Virus record (IMG/VR): IMGVR_UViG_3300047635_000036
Coordinates: 1-60,640 of that record
DNA: 60,640 nt
Direction: 5' to 3' (one strand)
DNA from: a virus
Lineage: Duplodnaviria; Caudoviricetes
Position numbers and translations under genes: made by a program. Under the pieces are notes generated by a model. It had not been told where the DNA came from. It was given only the letters and a program-made list of their open reading frames with translations, and made no database searches. Shown here in pieces: positions 16,947 through 25,704 of the stretch (position 1 is its first letter; every line of letters starts with the position of its first letter).

Positions 16947-17465
16947 GCTCGTCCTCGGACGGCGCCGACTCGGTCACCCTGGACGATGTGCTGCGGATCG
17001 TGCCGGCGTCCGTCCTGATCGGTGGGCTGATCGTGTTCGTCATCGTGTGGTGGATCCTGCGGAGGAGGTGAGGAACGTGAACGCGGTGGAGAAGGTCGCC
17101 GGCGCGGCGGTCGCGGTCGGCCTGGGCAGCTTCCCCCTGTGGGTCGCGCTGTTCGTGGCCGAGGTCCGGAGCCTGCGCAGGCGGGCGCGCGCCCTCGCCG
17201 TCGAGGAGCCTCGGCGATGAGGCGCGGCTACGCGGCCCAGGTCGTCCAGGTGGGGCGGCGCGGGGTGCTGAGCGGCCTCGTCGGTGGCGCGTTCGAGCTG
17301 GGAGTGCTGGTCCTCAAGTGGACGGTGATCGCGGCGATCGTCGCTATGGGACTGATGGTCGTGGGCCTGATCAAGTTCGCCGGCTGGGTCACCGGCGAGG
17401 CGCGCGGGAGGCCGGCCGTCCAGTGGTACCGCGACGCGCGGGGCGACTGGCGACCGTACGTGTAG
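16943..17465 (+). CDS. Run of three small single-pass membrane proteins (16943-17071, 17077-17220, 17217-17465)
   Basis: Each has one hydrophobic helix; coupled starts and stops. Confidence 0.55.
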
Positions 17466-17493
17466 GAAGTCCGAACGAACGGAGGAGGAAGTC

Positions 17494-17883
17494 ATGGGAG
17501 AGATGGCAGACCACGATGCCGAGGTGTACGGGTTCGTCTCGAACTACTTCAGGGTCCGGGTACCGGGGGTTCGGCCGCCTGCGGCGCCCACGGCGAGCGT
17601 CCTGCGGAGCCAGATGGCCGCGCTCGCGGCGGAGGTCGTCCGGATCGAGGCGCTCCCGAAGGAGCCGGACGCCAAGGTGATCCGGTTCCGGAAGTGCTAC
17701 AGGAACACGGGCGCGAACGGGAACAATTGGTACAGCTACGCGGCGCTCAAGGTCGGGGACGCCTGGTTCGTCACGGGCCAGGTCACGGCCTCGTACACCT
17801 GGGACCAGCTCCTGGTCTTCATCGGCGACGAGTACCTGCACACGATCCGCGTCGCTGCGGGCTGGCAGAAGCTCGGGGCGTAG
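17494..17883 (+). CDS. Hypothetical actinophage protein
   Basis: RBS ggaggagg; YSYAALK...WFVTG...TWDQL. Confidence 0.75.
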   Translation: MGEMADHDAEVYGFVSNYFRVRVPGVRPPAAPTASVLRSQMAALAAEVVRIEALPKEPDAKVIRFRKCYRNTGANGNNWYSYAALKVGDAWFVTGQVTASYTWDQLLVFIGDEYLHTIRVAAGWQKLGA

Positions 17884-17885
17884 GA

Positions 17886-18398
17886 ATGAGTTACCGAAAA
17901 GTGAGGGGAAGACCGAACAGGAGGTGGACCTGGCAGCAGGAGGTCGCCAAGTTGGTCTCTCACGTCAGGTACCTAGGAGACGACGGCGACGGGCAATGCG
18001 AGGCCTACCGCTGGTCGAGGATGCCCCTCAAGGCCGTTTACGATCTTGAGTTACGCGAGCGCTATCGGTGCAAGCAAACTGCGCGGTGGCGGTATCGATA
18101 CCTCCGCAGTAGTAGGCAGCCAGAGTCTAGGAAGATGTGCTGGGCCCATCTCGTACACGCCGGGCTCTGTTACTCGATGGAGGAGATGGACCGCAACGAC
18201 CGGTGGTGGCGCCGGCACCTCGACGAAGTCAACGCGGTGCGCGAGCGCTACGGCCTCCCGCCGGCGTCAGGCGATGGCCATGAAGGGCATGAATCCGGAC
18301 CCGCTGGCTCCGGCGACGACGTCGATGGTGGCCGCCCAGGAGGACCCTCCGGTGGTGAGGTATCGGCGGTGTCCGCCGCCGAACCCGCCGTCGAGTAG
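17886..18398 (+). CDS. Basic hypothetical protein with atypical codon usage
   Basis: Many A/T-ending codons; 3' end overlaps the convergent gene by about 130 nt. Confidence 0.45.
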   Translation: MSYRKVRGRPNRRWTWQQEVAKLVSHVRYLGDDGDGQCEAYRWSRMPLKAVYDLELRERYRCKQTARWRYRYLRSSRQPESRKMCWAHLVHAGLCYSMEEMDRNDRWWRRHLDEVNAVRERYGLPPASGDGHEGHESGPAGSGDDVDGGRPGGPSGGEVSAVSAAEPAVE

Positions 18399-19694
18399 TC
18401 CGGCGTTGGAGGAGCCCTGCATGAACGGGAAGGACGGCGGGACCGAGTACCCGCTTACCCGGAGCCCCAGGTAGACGAACCGGTCGACGTCCTGGGCGGC
18501 GACCGGCGCGGGCAGTGCCTTGGACCTCGGTCCGATGGCCGTCCAGAGGTTGTCGTCGGACACCGTCTGGGTGACCTTGTTCCCGGCGTCGTCGTAGATC
18601 GCGAAGCCGTTCTCGCCGCCGGCGCCTACCGTGCCGGCGGCGTGCAGCGCTGACCAGCAGGTGGTGATCGCTTTGCCGGCCGGGACGAGCATCCGGGCGT
18701 ACCCGGCCCCGGCCCCGAGGGGGCTGTTGTCTCGGAAGTTGTCCAGGTCGGCCGAGGCGGCGATCAGCGCGTCCCCGGAGAACGGGTAGGCGCTGCGCAC
18801 CCGGTCCTGGTATCGGAACCGGGACGGCTGACTCAGGTCGACGGTGAGCACCTGCCCGCTGGTGCCGACCGCGAACCGGGTGACGGCGTCCGGTCCGGTA
18901 CCGACGATCAGGTCCCCGGCGACGTCCACGATCGCGGCCGCGATCTTCCCGGCCAGGTCGGGGACTAGGTTGGTGACGTCAGACTCGGCGTGCGAGTGCG
19001 CCAGGGGCGCGCGGGCGTCGGAGTTGCGCGGGTCGTTGCCCTGGGTGGCGGTTCCGGCGATCGATCCGTAGACGACGGCCAGGGACCGGTCCGCAGTCAG
19101 GTCCCCGCCCCCGGAGAGGCCGGTTCCGGCCCCCACGGACCGCGTGTTCGGGACCTTGGAGGCCAGGTCCGCGACCAGGTTGGTCACCTTGGACTCCGGG
19201 ATCACCCCGACGCCGACCTTCGGGTTGGTCGCGGTGTTCGTGATCAGGATGGTGGCGTCGGCCGGGGTGACCGAGGCGACCCCGCCCCCTCCGCCACCGC
19301 CCCCCGCGACGTCGACGTTGCCGGCGGAGTCCGGGCGGATCCCGTTGACGGTCTGGACCACGGTGACGAATGAGAGGGGTGCCTCGAGGTGCGGGGCGGT
19401 CGAGAGGTCGGTGGTCAGGCCGGCCGGCACGTCGATCACGTAGCGGCGCCGGTGCTTGGTCCCCAGGTCCTCGGTGACCGCGTACTTCCACGCCGCGGTC
19501 GTCGCGGCGACCGTCTTGGCCTGCGGGCCGCCGGTCACCGCGATGGTCAGGGCCTCGGGGACCACGATCACGCCGAGGTCCTGGCGGTAGCCGGTGGGAA
19601 CCAGGTGGACCGTGCCGAGGATGGCCGGGGCACCGTCGGCACGCTCGAAGTCGAACGAGACGATGCCGGTGGCCATGCCGGGGGGAAGGGGCAT
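18267..19694 (-). CDS. Tail fibre-like / virion structural protein
   Basis: TVNGIRPDSAGNV, Gly linker, GTGLSGGGDL, HSHAESDVTNL and GDLIVGTG...VGTSGQVLT segments typical of fibre shafts. Confidence 0.7.
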   Translation of the reverse strand: MPLPPGMATGIVSFDFERADGAPAILGTVHLVPTGYRQDLGVIVVPEALTIAVTGGPQAKTVAATTAAWKYAVTEDLGTKHRRRYVIDVPAGLTTDLSTAPHLEAPLSFVTVVQTVNGIRPDSAGNVDVAGGGGGGGGVASVTPADATILITNTATNPKVGVGVIPESKVTNLVADLASKVPNTRSVGAGTGLSGGGDLTADRSLAVVYGSIAGTATQGNDPRNSDARAPLAHSHAESDVTNLVPDLAGKIAAAIVDVAGDLIVGTGPDAVTRFAVGTSGQVLTVDLSQPSRFRYQDRVRSAYPFSGDALIAASADLDNFRDNSPLGAGAGYARMLVPAGKAITTCWSALHAAGTVGAGGENGFAIYDDAGNKVTQTVSDDNLWTAIGPRSKALPAPVAAQDVDRFVYLGLRVSGYSVPPSFPFMQGSSNAGLLDGGFGGGHRRYLTTGGSSWAATIDVVAGASGSGFMPFMAIA

Positions 19695-19718
19695 CGCGAC
19701 CTCCCCTCGAGGTCGGCG

Positions 19719-20708
19719 CTACTGCGCGGGGCGAGCCAGCCGCGTGGCCAGCGCGTCTACGATAGCGTCCGCCTCCGCGTGCGCGTCGCTGGCGATCGCG
19801 TCCTTGATCGCCTGGAGGGCCGGCAGCACGTCGTCGGCCACCAGCGCGTGGAAGGACGCGTCGAGGTGCGCGAGCACGTCGGCGGAGGAGAGGTCGTCCT
19901 TCTGGTTGGCGAGCACCGTGGCCAGCATGGCCTTGACGTCCGTGACGGCGGACTCGGTGCGCTGGGACGCCCCGGAACCGTCGATCACCACGTCGGCGAA
20001 CCTCTTGTGCCACACGGGCGCGGTAGTCGGGTTCTGCGGGAGGGCGTACAGCTTCTGCTGGCCCCAGACCACTTCGGCGTCGGCTTCTCCGGCCACGGCG
20101 GCTGCCTCCAATACTCGGACGTCTGCGGCGTAGGACAGGTCGACCCAGCCGGACACCCCGGCGACGGTGCCGCGCGAGGTGTACTGGTGGGCGTCAACCC
20201 TACCCGCGTAGTGGGTGATCGGGTGTTGGCTCCCGTCGTTGTTGCCGTACTCGGCCGCCCAGGTGACGTCCCAGTCGTAGGGCATGGAGTCGACGTCGAG
20301 CTGGGTGAGCCACGTGGTGGACGAGTAGGTGCCCACCCGGCAGCCGAACGCGCTGTGCACGGTCTCCAGGAACGCCCGGACGAACGGGCGGCGCTGCGCG
20401 ACCGGGATGCCGCCGTTCTCGATGTCCAGGATCGGGGCGAGGTGTCCCCGGTCCAGCGCGAACCCCAGGCGGCGGAGCTGGGCGACGAAGACGAGGGCCT
20501 GGGAGACGGGGTCGCCCGGCTCGGCGAAGTGGTAGCCGCCCCAGAGGATCTGGTGCGCGACGCAGGCGGTGACGTAGGCGTCGGCGTGGACGACCGGCTG
20601 GTCCCCGCCGTCGGAGACCTTGATCCAGGCGAAGTCGACGGCGGCCGCGAGCGCGTTCCAGTCCGTGACGTCGTTATAACGCTGATACAGGTCGATCCCG
20701 GTAGCCAC
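19719..20708 (-). CDS. Endolysin, GH25 muramidase
   Basis: GIDL, FAWIKVSDG, GGYHFA, LDIE, WAAEY, HQYTSRG, GWVDL. Confidence 0.9.
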   Translation of the reverse strand: MATGIDLYQRYNDVTDWNALAAAVDFAWIKVSDGGDQPVVHADAYVTACVAHQILWGGYHFAEPGDPVSQALVFVAQLRRLGFALDRGHLAPILDIENGGIPVAQRRPFVRAFLETVHSAFGCRVGTYSSTTWLTQLDVDSMPYDWDVTWAAEYGNNDGSQHPITHYAGRVDAHQYTSRGTVAGVSGWVDLSYAADVRVLEAAAVAGEADAEVVWGQQKLYALPQNPTTAPVWHKRFADVVIDGSGASQRTESAVTDVKAMLATVLANQKDDLSSADVLAHLDASFHALVADDVLPALQAIKDAIASDAHAEADAIVDALATRLARPAQ

Positions 20709-20772
20709 CGACTCACCGCCTCCGCAGACCTCGGAGATCTTGCCCGTAGACTAGCAGACGGGTAGGTTAACA

Positions 20773-21102
20773 ATGACCAGGACGGAGGCGCGTGCGGTGA
20801 GCGAACCCAAGCACGGCAGCCAGCGGGCCTACGTCAACGACGGGTGCCACTGCCGGGTGTGCCGGGAGGGCAACACTGCCCGGCACCGCGACCTGCGCCG
20901 GGGGCGGTTCAACCGGCGGGTCCTCGTCGACGGCAGGCTGGTCGCCCCCGTCCCGCCGGAGCGGCACGCGCTGATGACGACGTATAACAACTGGGGGTGC
21001 CGGTGCTGGCCCTGCACGAAGGCGGCCAGCGCCTACAAGGTGGCGGCCCGGCGAGGCGCCGGGACGCCGCAGACCGACGACGTGAGAGAGGAAGGGAAAT
21101 GA
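20773..21102 (+). CDS. Small protein with two H...Y..GCxCxxC zinc-binding repeats
   Basis: HGSQRAYVNDGCHCRVC and HALMTTYNNWGCRCWPC; promoter-like TTGCCC-N17-TAGGTT at 20740-20768. Confidence 0.75.
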   Translation: MTRTEARAVSEPKHGSQRAYVNDGCHCRVCREGNTARHRDLRRGRFNRRVLVDGRLVAPVPPERHALMTTYNNWGCRCWPCTKAASAYKVAARRGAGTPQTDDVREEGK

Positions 21103-21398
21103 CCGCGATCGCGCACTCCGTTTACTCCCGACTGAGCCCCAGGGTCACCTGGAAGCTGGCCGGCGCGCTGCTGGCGCTCGGGGCCTACCTGGCGCCGGGG
21201 CGCCGGGTCCGGCACGGGGGCCACGGGCACCTCTGCCGCCAGCCGCGGCTGACCGTCCTGCCGGTGCTGGCCGCGCATTATCTGCTGGCCCTGACCCAGA
21301 GCGAGGAGTCCGCGATCACGCGCCGCTGGGTGCGCGTCGCCGGGCGGTCGCTGGTCGGCGCGGCGGCGGTCGGACTCGCTACCCTGGCGGGAGTTTAA
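21099..21398 (+). CDS. Hypothetical membrane-associated protein
   Basis: ATGA overlap, RBS; hydrophobic segments. Confidence 0.55.
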   Translation: MTAIAHSVYSRLSPRVTWKLAGALLALGAYLAPGRRVRHGGHGHLCRQPRLTVLPVLAAHYLLALTQSEESAITRRWVRVAGRSLVGAAAVGLATLAGV

Positions 21399-21650
21399 TC
21401 TACCGCCGGGGCTGGTTCCGTGCTAGCGTCGACTCGCACACCGAGAGAGCGTCGATGCGTCAAAGCGTTGCCGTCGCTGCGTGACCCAGGTTCTGGCGCA
21501 AAGGCCGTTCGGGAGGCTAAGGGCGGCTGTCTACCTCCTGACATGAACGCGTCCTGCGCGATCGGCGCTCGAGGAAGCTCGCGGCGGCCCGTCGGGTGGC
21601 CTCACGGGTCGCCGCGACCTCTCGCCAGACCGAAGGAAGGGAGTCCGACG

Positions 21651-22001
21651 ATGTTCTGCAAGCTCTTCTCCGCCCTGCTCGACTCGAGACCCGCCGAGAG
21701 CGGCGTCTTCCGAGGCGCGCGGCTGTCCGCAGCGCGCTCCGCCCTCGGTCCGCGCTACTCGATCACGTTCTCCCCAGCCGGCTACCGCAACGTCCAGTTG
21801 GACTGGATCGGCGTCCTGGACGGCGTGCCGCTCACCCCCGAGGAGGTCCACGTCGGGTTCCGGAAGTGGCTGGACACCGCGCCGCTCTCCGACGGCGGTG
21901 TCCCCGAACGGACGATCAGGGTCTGGATCCAGGGCGTCTACAGCGAGATCACCTTCCGCACGGACTGGGTCTCCGGCTTCTCCGTCCAGCGGGCCGGGTG
22001 A
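21651..22001 (+). CDS. Hypothetical protein
   Basis: RBS gaaggaagggag. Confidence 0.6.
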   Translation: MFCKLFSALLDSRPAESGVFRGARLSAARSALGPRYSITFSPAGYRNVQLDWIGVLDGVPLTPEEVHVGFRKWLDTAPLSDGGVPERTIRVWIQGVYSEITFRTDWVSGFSVQRAG

Positions 22002-22005
22002 CGGC

Positions 22006-22200
22006 GTGGCCCTGCACGTCCCCCTGCACGGCAACGTCCGCTGCGCGGCCTGCGAGCGGCCGGCCGGCGCGCTCTGGTTGTCCAACCTGGACGTCGAAGA
22101 CGGCCGGCGGGTGCGGTTCAACGAGATCACCCCCTGCGGGTGCCGCGTCTACCTGCCCCTCAACGACCCCCGCCCCCTGCCTCGTAGGGTGCGCCGGTGA
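22006..22200 (+). CDS. Small zinc-binding protein
   Basis: CAAC and PCGC. Confidence 0.5.
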   Translation: MALHVPLHGNVRCAACERPAGALWLSNLDVEDGRRVRFNEITPCGCRVYLPLNDPRPLPRRVRR

Positions 22201-22808
22201 GCACCGTCGCGGTCTGCGTACCGTCCATCCCGGTCCGGCGCGTCCAGCTCGCGGCGGCCCTGCGCACGGTCGCGCAGCAGACCCGGCTGCCTGAGCAGAT
22301 CCACGTCGAGGTCGACGTCGGACGCACCGGGGCGGCGCCCACCCGCAACCGGGCCTGGCGCCGCGCCGACACCGACTGGATCGCCTTCCTGGACGACGAC
22401 GACGAGCTCATGCCCGAGCACCTCGAGGTACTCCTGGACCACCGGGAGGGAGCCGACCTGGTCTATAGCTGGTTCCACCTCCCCGAGGCCGACGACCCCC
22501 TCGCGGTACCGGTGAACGGCGTGCTGCGGAGCCCCTTCGGCGTCGAGTTCGGGCCCGAGCAGCGCGACTACCTGATGACCGCGGGCAACTTCGTCCCGAT
22601 CACCGCGCTGGTGCGCCGCAGTCTCCTCGAGGAGGTCGACGGGTTCCCGATCCCCGGCACCGAGCGCTGGCCCAACGAGCACTGCGAGGACTGGGGCTGC
22701 TGGCGGGACATGCTCCAGGTCGGCGCGCGGTTCTGGCACGTCCCGCAGCGCACCTGGACCTGGCACCACCACGGCAGGAACACCAGCGGAAGGAACGACA
22801 GATGGTGA
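22197..22808 (+). CDS. Glycosyltransferase family 2
   Basis: VAVCVPS, AAPTRNRA, WIAFLDDDD, GF...EDW. Confidence 0.9.
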   Translation: MSTVAVCVPSIPVRRVQLAAALRTVAQQTRLPEQIHVEVDVGRTGAAPTRNRAWRRADTDWIAFLDDDDELMPEHLEVLLDHREGADLVYSWFHLPEADDPLAVPVNGVLRSPFGVEFGPEQRDYLMTAGNFVPITALVRRSLLEEVDGFPIPGTERWPNEHCEDWGCWRDMLQVGARFWHVPQRTWTWHHHGRNTSGRNDRW

Positions 22809-23509
22809 GCGTCCTGGTCCCCACCCGGGGCAGACCGGAGGGCGTCGAGCGGCTGCTCGAGTCCGCCTACGAACTCTGCGAGGGTCCGGTGGAGTTCGTG
22901 TTCTACGTCGACGACGACGACCCCCGGCGCTGGGAGACGCACCAGGTCATCGCGCAGTACGACGCCGCCACCGCCGTCGTCTTCGGAAAGCGGATCACGC
23001 TCTCCCGGATGTGGAACGCGTGCTACGAGCGCGCCACCCACGACCTGCTGATGCAGTGCGGCGACGACATCGTCTTCCGCACCCAGGGATGGGACGTGCG
23101 GTTCGCCGAGGCCTTCGAACAGTACTCCGACCGGATCGCCTTCGTGCACGGCGACGACGGGTTCCAGCACGAGCGCATCGGCACCCACGGCGTCCTGCAC
23201 CGCGACTGGGTCAGGACGGTCGGGTACTTCGTCCCGCCGCACTTCGCCAGCGACTACAACGACCTCTGGCTCACCGAGGTCGCCGACGCCCTGGGCCGAC
23301 GCGTCTACCTGCCCGACGTGCTCACCGAGCACATGCACCCGGTCGCCGGCAAGGGCGAGCTGGATCTCACTCACCAGGAGCGCCTCGAGCGTCACCGGGT
23401 CGAGGACTGCGACCGGATCTGGCGGGAGACCGCCGGCGAGCGCGCGGCCGACGTGACCAAGTTGCGCGCGGCCATCCTGCGACACCGGGGAATCGAGGTC
23501 CCGTCGTGA
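22802..23509 (+). CDS. Glycosyltransferase family 2
   Basis: VSVLVPTRGR, YVDDDD, MQCGDD, EHMH. Confidence 0.85.
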   Translation: MVSVLVPTRGRPEGVERLLESAYELCEGPVEFVFYVDDDDPRRWETHQVIAQYDAATAVVFGKRITLSRMWNACYERATHDLLMQCGDDIVFRTQGWDVRFAEAFEQYSDRIAFVHGDDGFQHERIGTHGVLHRDWVRTVGYFVPPHFASDYNDLWLTEVADALGRRVYLPDVLTEHMHPVAGKGELDLTHQERLERHRVEDCDRIWRETAGERAADVTKLRAAILRHRGIEVPS

Positions 23510-24204
23510 TCGGAGAAGACCCGACCTGGACGATCCTGGTCCCCACCCTCCAGCGGCGCGAGAGTCGGTTCGCGGTCCTGCGCGACGAGCTGCTGCGCCA
23601 GACCGAGCCCTACGACGGGCGGGTCCGCGTCTGCGCGCTGTGGAACCGCGGCCAGCGCGCCCTCGGCGAGCTGCGCCAGGCCCTGGTCACCTACGTCCTG
23701 AGCGACTACGTGTCCTTCGTGGACGATGACGACGAGGTCCCGTCCTACTTCGTCGAGGAGGTCGTCCGCGCGCTGGAGTCCTGGCCCGACCAGGTCGGCT
23801 GGCGGATGCAGTGTGTCCGGGACGGCGCGATGCTCAAGCCCACCTTCCACAGCGTCAGGTACGGCTCCTGGTACGAGGACGACGCGGGTTACTACCGAGA
23901 CGTCAGCCACCTCAACCCCGTGCGGCGCGCGCTGGCGCTCCAGTGCGACTTCCGGGAGGGCAGCCCCCCGGAGGACGTGGCCTGGGTCAAGCAGATGCGC
24001 GGGCTCGTCAAGACCGAGCAGGCCGTGCCCGACAGAGTCATGTACTACTACCGGTCGTCGTCGGTGGACAGCACCTGGCAGCTCGGGAGCGTCTCGCCGC
24101 CGACCGCCGAGGAACTGACCGCCGAGGCGCCCTACGTCGCCCACCGCGACTTCTTCTACCATCCGTGGTCCTACGGCCCGAAGAACTGGGAGTCCCGTGT
24201 CTGA
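23506..24204 (+). CDS. Glycosyltransferase family 2
   Basis: WTILVPT, YVSFVDDDD, EDVAW, YYYR. Confidence 0.85.
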   Translation: MIGEDPTWTILVPTLQRRESRFAVLRDELLRQTEPYDGRVRVCALWNRGQRALGELRQALVTYVLSDYVSFVDDDDEVPSYFVEEVVRALESWPDQVGWRMQCVRDGAMLKPTFHSVRYGSWYEDDAGYYRDVSHLNPVRRALALQCDFREGSPPEDVAWVKQMRGLVKTEQAVPDRVMYYYRSSSVDSTWQLGSVSPPTAEELTAEAPYVAHRDFFYHPWSYGPKNWESRV

Positions 24205-25156
24205 TCGAGTCCTCATCACCGGCGTCACCGGCTTCGTGGGCAGCCACGTCCTCGAGCGGCAGCTCCGGGTACCGGACCCCCCGTGCGTCGTCGGCGTCGG
24301 GTCGTTCCGGAGCAACGGCACCGCCGACCGTGTCCTGCACGCCCTCTCGGGCCGCCGCGACCTCTGCTACACGCAGCTCACGCACGACCTGACCGTGCCG
24401 ATGTCCCCACTTCAGCTACTTCAGTTGAACGGGGTGAACAGGATCATCCACGTCGCCTCGCGCTGCTCGGTCGACGAGAGCATCCGGGACCCCGAGTCGT
24501 TCGTCCGAAACAACGTCGACCTCCAGCTCACCGTGCTCGGGCTCGCCCGGGAGCTCGGCGTCGACCGGTTCACCCACCTGTCCACCGACGAGGTGTTCGG
24601 CCCCCACTCGCCGTCCACGCTCAACGACCACCGGCCGTCCAGCCCATACTCCGCGTCCAAGGCCGCCCAACTGGACCTGTGCGCCGCCTGGGCGACGACC
24701 TTCGGCGTGCCGGTCTCCGTGCTCACCAGCGTGAACATGTTCGGCGAGAGGCAGAGCCAGCTCGCGTTCATCCCCCGCCTGGTGCGCCTGATGCTGGCCG
24801 GCGAGCCGGTGACGGTGCACGTCAGCGACGGCGTGCCCGGCGGGCGCAACTACGTCTACGTCGGGGACGTGGCCACCCGGCTCATCGAGGTGTCCCAGTC
24901 CGAAACAGACGACCTGAGCCACGAGGTGATCTTCGGCGCGGCCTACGTGGATAACCTCGATCTCGCGCAGCAGGTGGCCAAGCTCCTGGACGTCGAGCCG
25001 AGGATCGACCTCGTGGAGGCCTCGGTCTCGCGCCCCGGCTACGACCACTCCTACGGCCTGTACGGGGACTACGGCGCGGAGTCGCTCACCCCGTTCGACG
25101 CCGGACTGCGGCGCACGGTCGAGTGGTTCGCGGAGCACCCGACGTGGCTGACGTAG
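24197..25156 (+). CDS. dTDP-glucose 4,6-dehydratase-like NAD-dependent epimerase/dehydratase
   Basis: GVTGFVG, SVDESI, STDEVFG, PSSPYSASK, NMFGERQ, RPG.D..Y. Confidence 0.85.
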   Translation: MSDRVLITGVTGFVGSHVLERQLRVPDPPCVVGVGSFRSNGTADRVLHALSGRRDLCYTQLTHDLTVPMSPLQLLQLNGVNRIIHVASRCSVDESIRDPESFVRNNVDLQLTVLGLARELGVDRFTHLSTDEVFGPHSPSTLNDHRPSSPYSASKAAQLDLCAAWATTFGVPVSVLTSVNMFGERQSQLAFIPRLVRLMLAGEPVTVHVSDGVPGGRNYVYVGDVATRLIEVSQSETDDLSHEVIFGAAYVDNLDLAQQVAKLLDVEPRIDLVEASVSRPGYDHSYGLYGDYGAESLTPFDAGLRRTVEWFAEHPTWLT

Positions 25157-25692
25157 ACGTCGACTGGCGCGAGGTCTACGACTGGGCCGGCTTGCAGGTG
25201 CGCCAACTCATCACGATGCGCTACGACCCGGCCGAGACCGTGCTGCTGGACGTCGGCGCCGGCCAGGGGAAGTACGCGCGGCTGCTGCCCGAGTACCGGG
25301 ACTTCGACGCGATCGAGGTCTGGGAGCCCAGCGTCAACCGCTACGCCCTACGCGACATCTACCGGATGGTGCACGTGGCCGACGTGTCGGACATGGTCCG
25401 CAGGCCTAGCTGGACCCAGCTCTACCAGGTGGGGATCCTTGGCGACGTCCTGGAACACCTCGAGGCGGAGGAGGCCGGCTACGCGCTGCGCTGCCTAGCG
25501 GCGCGCTGCGCGAGCCTCCTCGTGGTCGTCCCCTACCTCTACCCGCAGGGCGCGGAGGACGGTAACGAGCACCAGCGCCACCTCCAGGACGACCTGACCC
25601 CCGAGGTGATGGCTGTCCGTTACCCTGACCTCAAGTTGATCGCGCTCGAGACCCGCGACGGGCGACCGTTCAAGGGGCTCTACCGAGGGTAG
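25144..25692 (+). CDS. Class I SAM-dependent methyltransferase
   Basis: LLDVGAGQGKY, GDVLEHL. Confidence 0.85.
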   Translation: MADVDVDWREVYDWAGLQVRQLITMRYDPAETVLLDVGAGQGKYARLLPEYRDFDAIEVWEPSVNRYALRDIYRMVHVADVSDMVRRPSWTQLYQVGILGDVLEHLEAEEAGYALRCLAARCASLLVVVPYLYPQGAEDGNEHQRHLQDDLTPEVMAVRYPDLKLIALETRDGRPFKGLYRG

Positions 25693-25704
25693 GAGGGACG
25701 CCCC

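Noticed and set aside
21490-21545. c-di-GMP-I riboswitch call
   Set aside because: Only CGCAAAG and CTAAG fragments match; P1 with GNRA loop not found, so kept only as an unnamed RNA candidate
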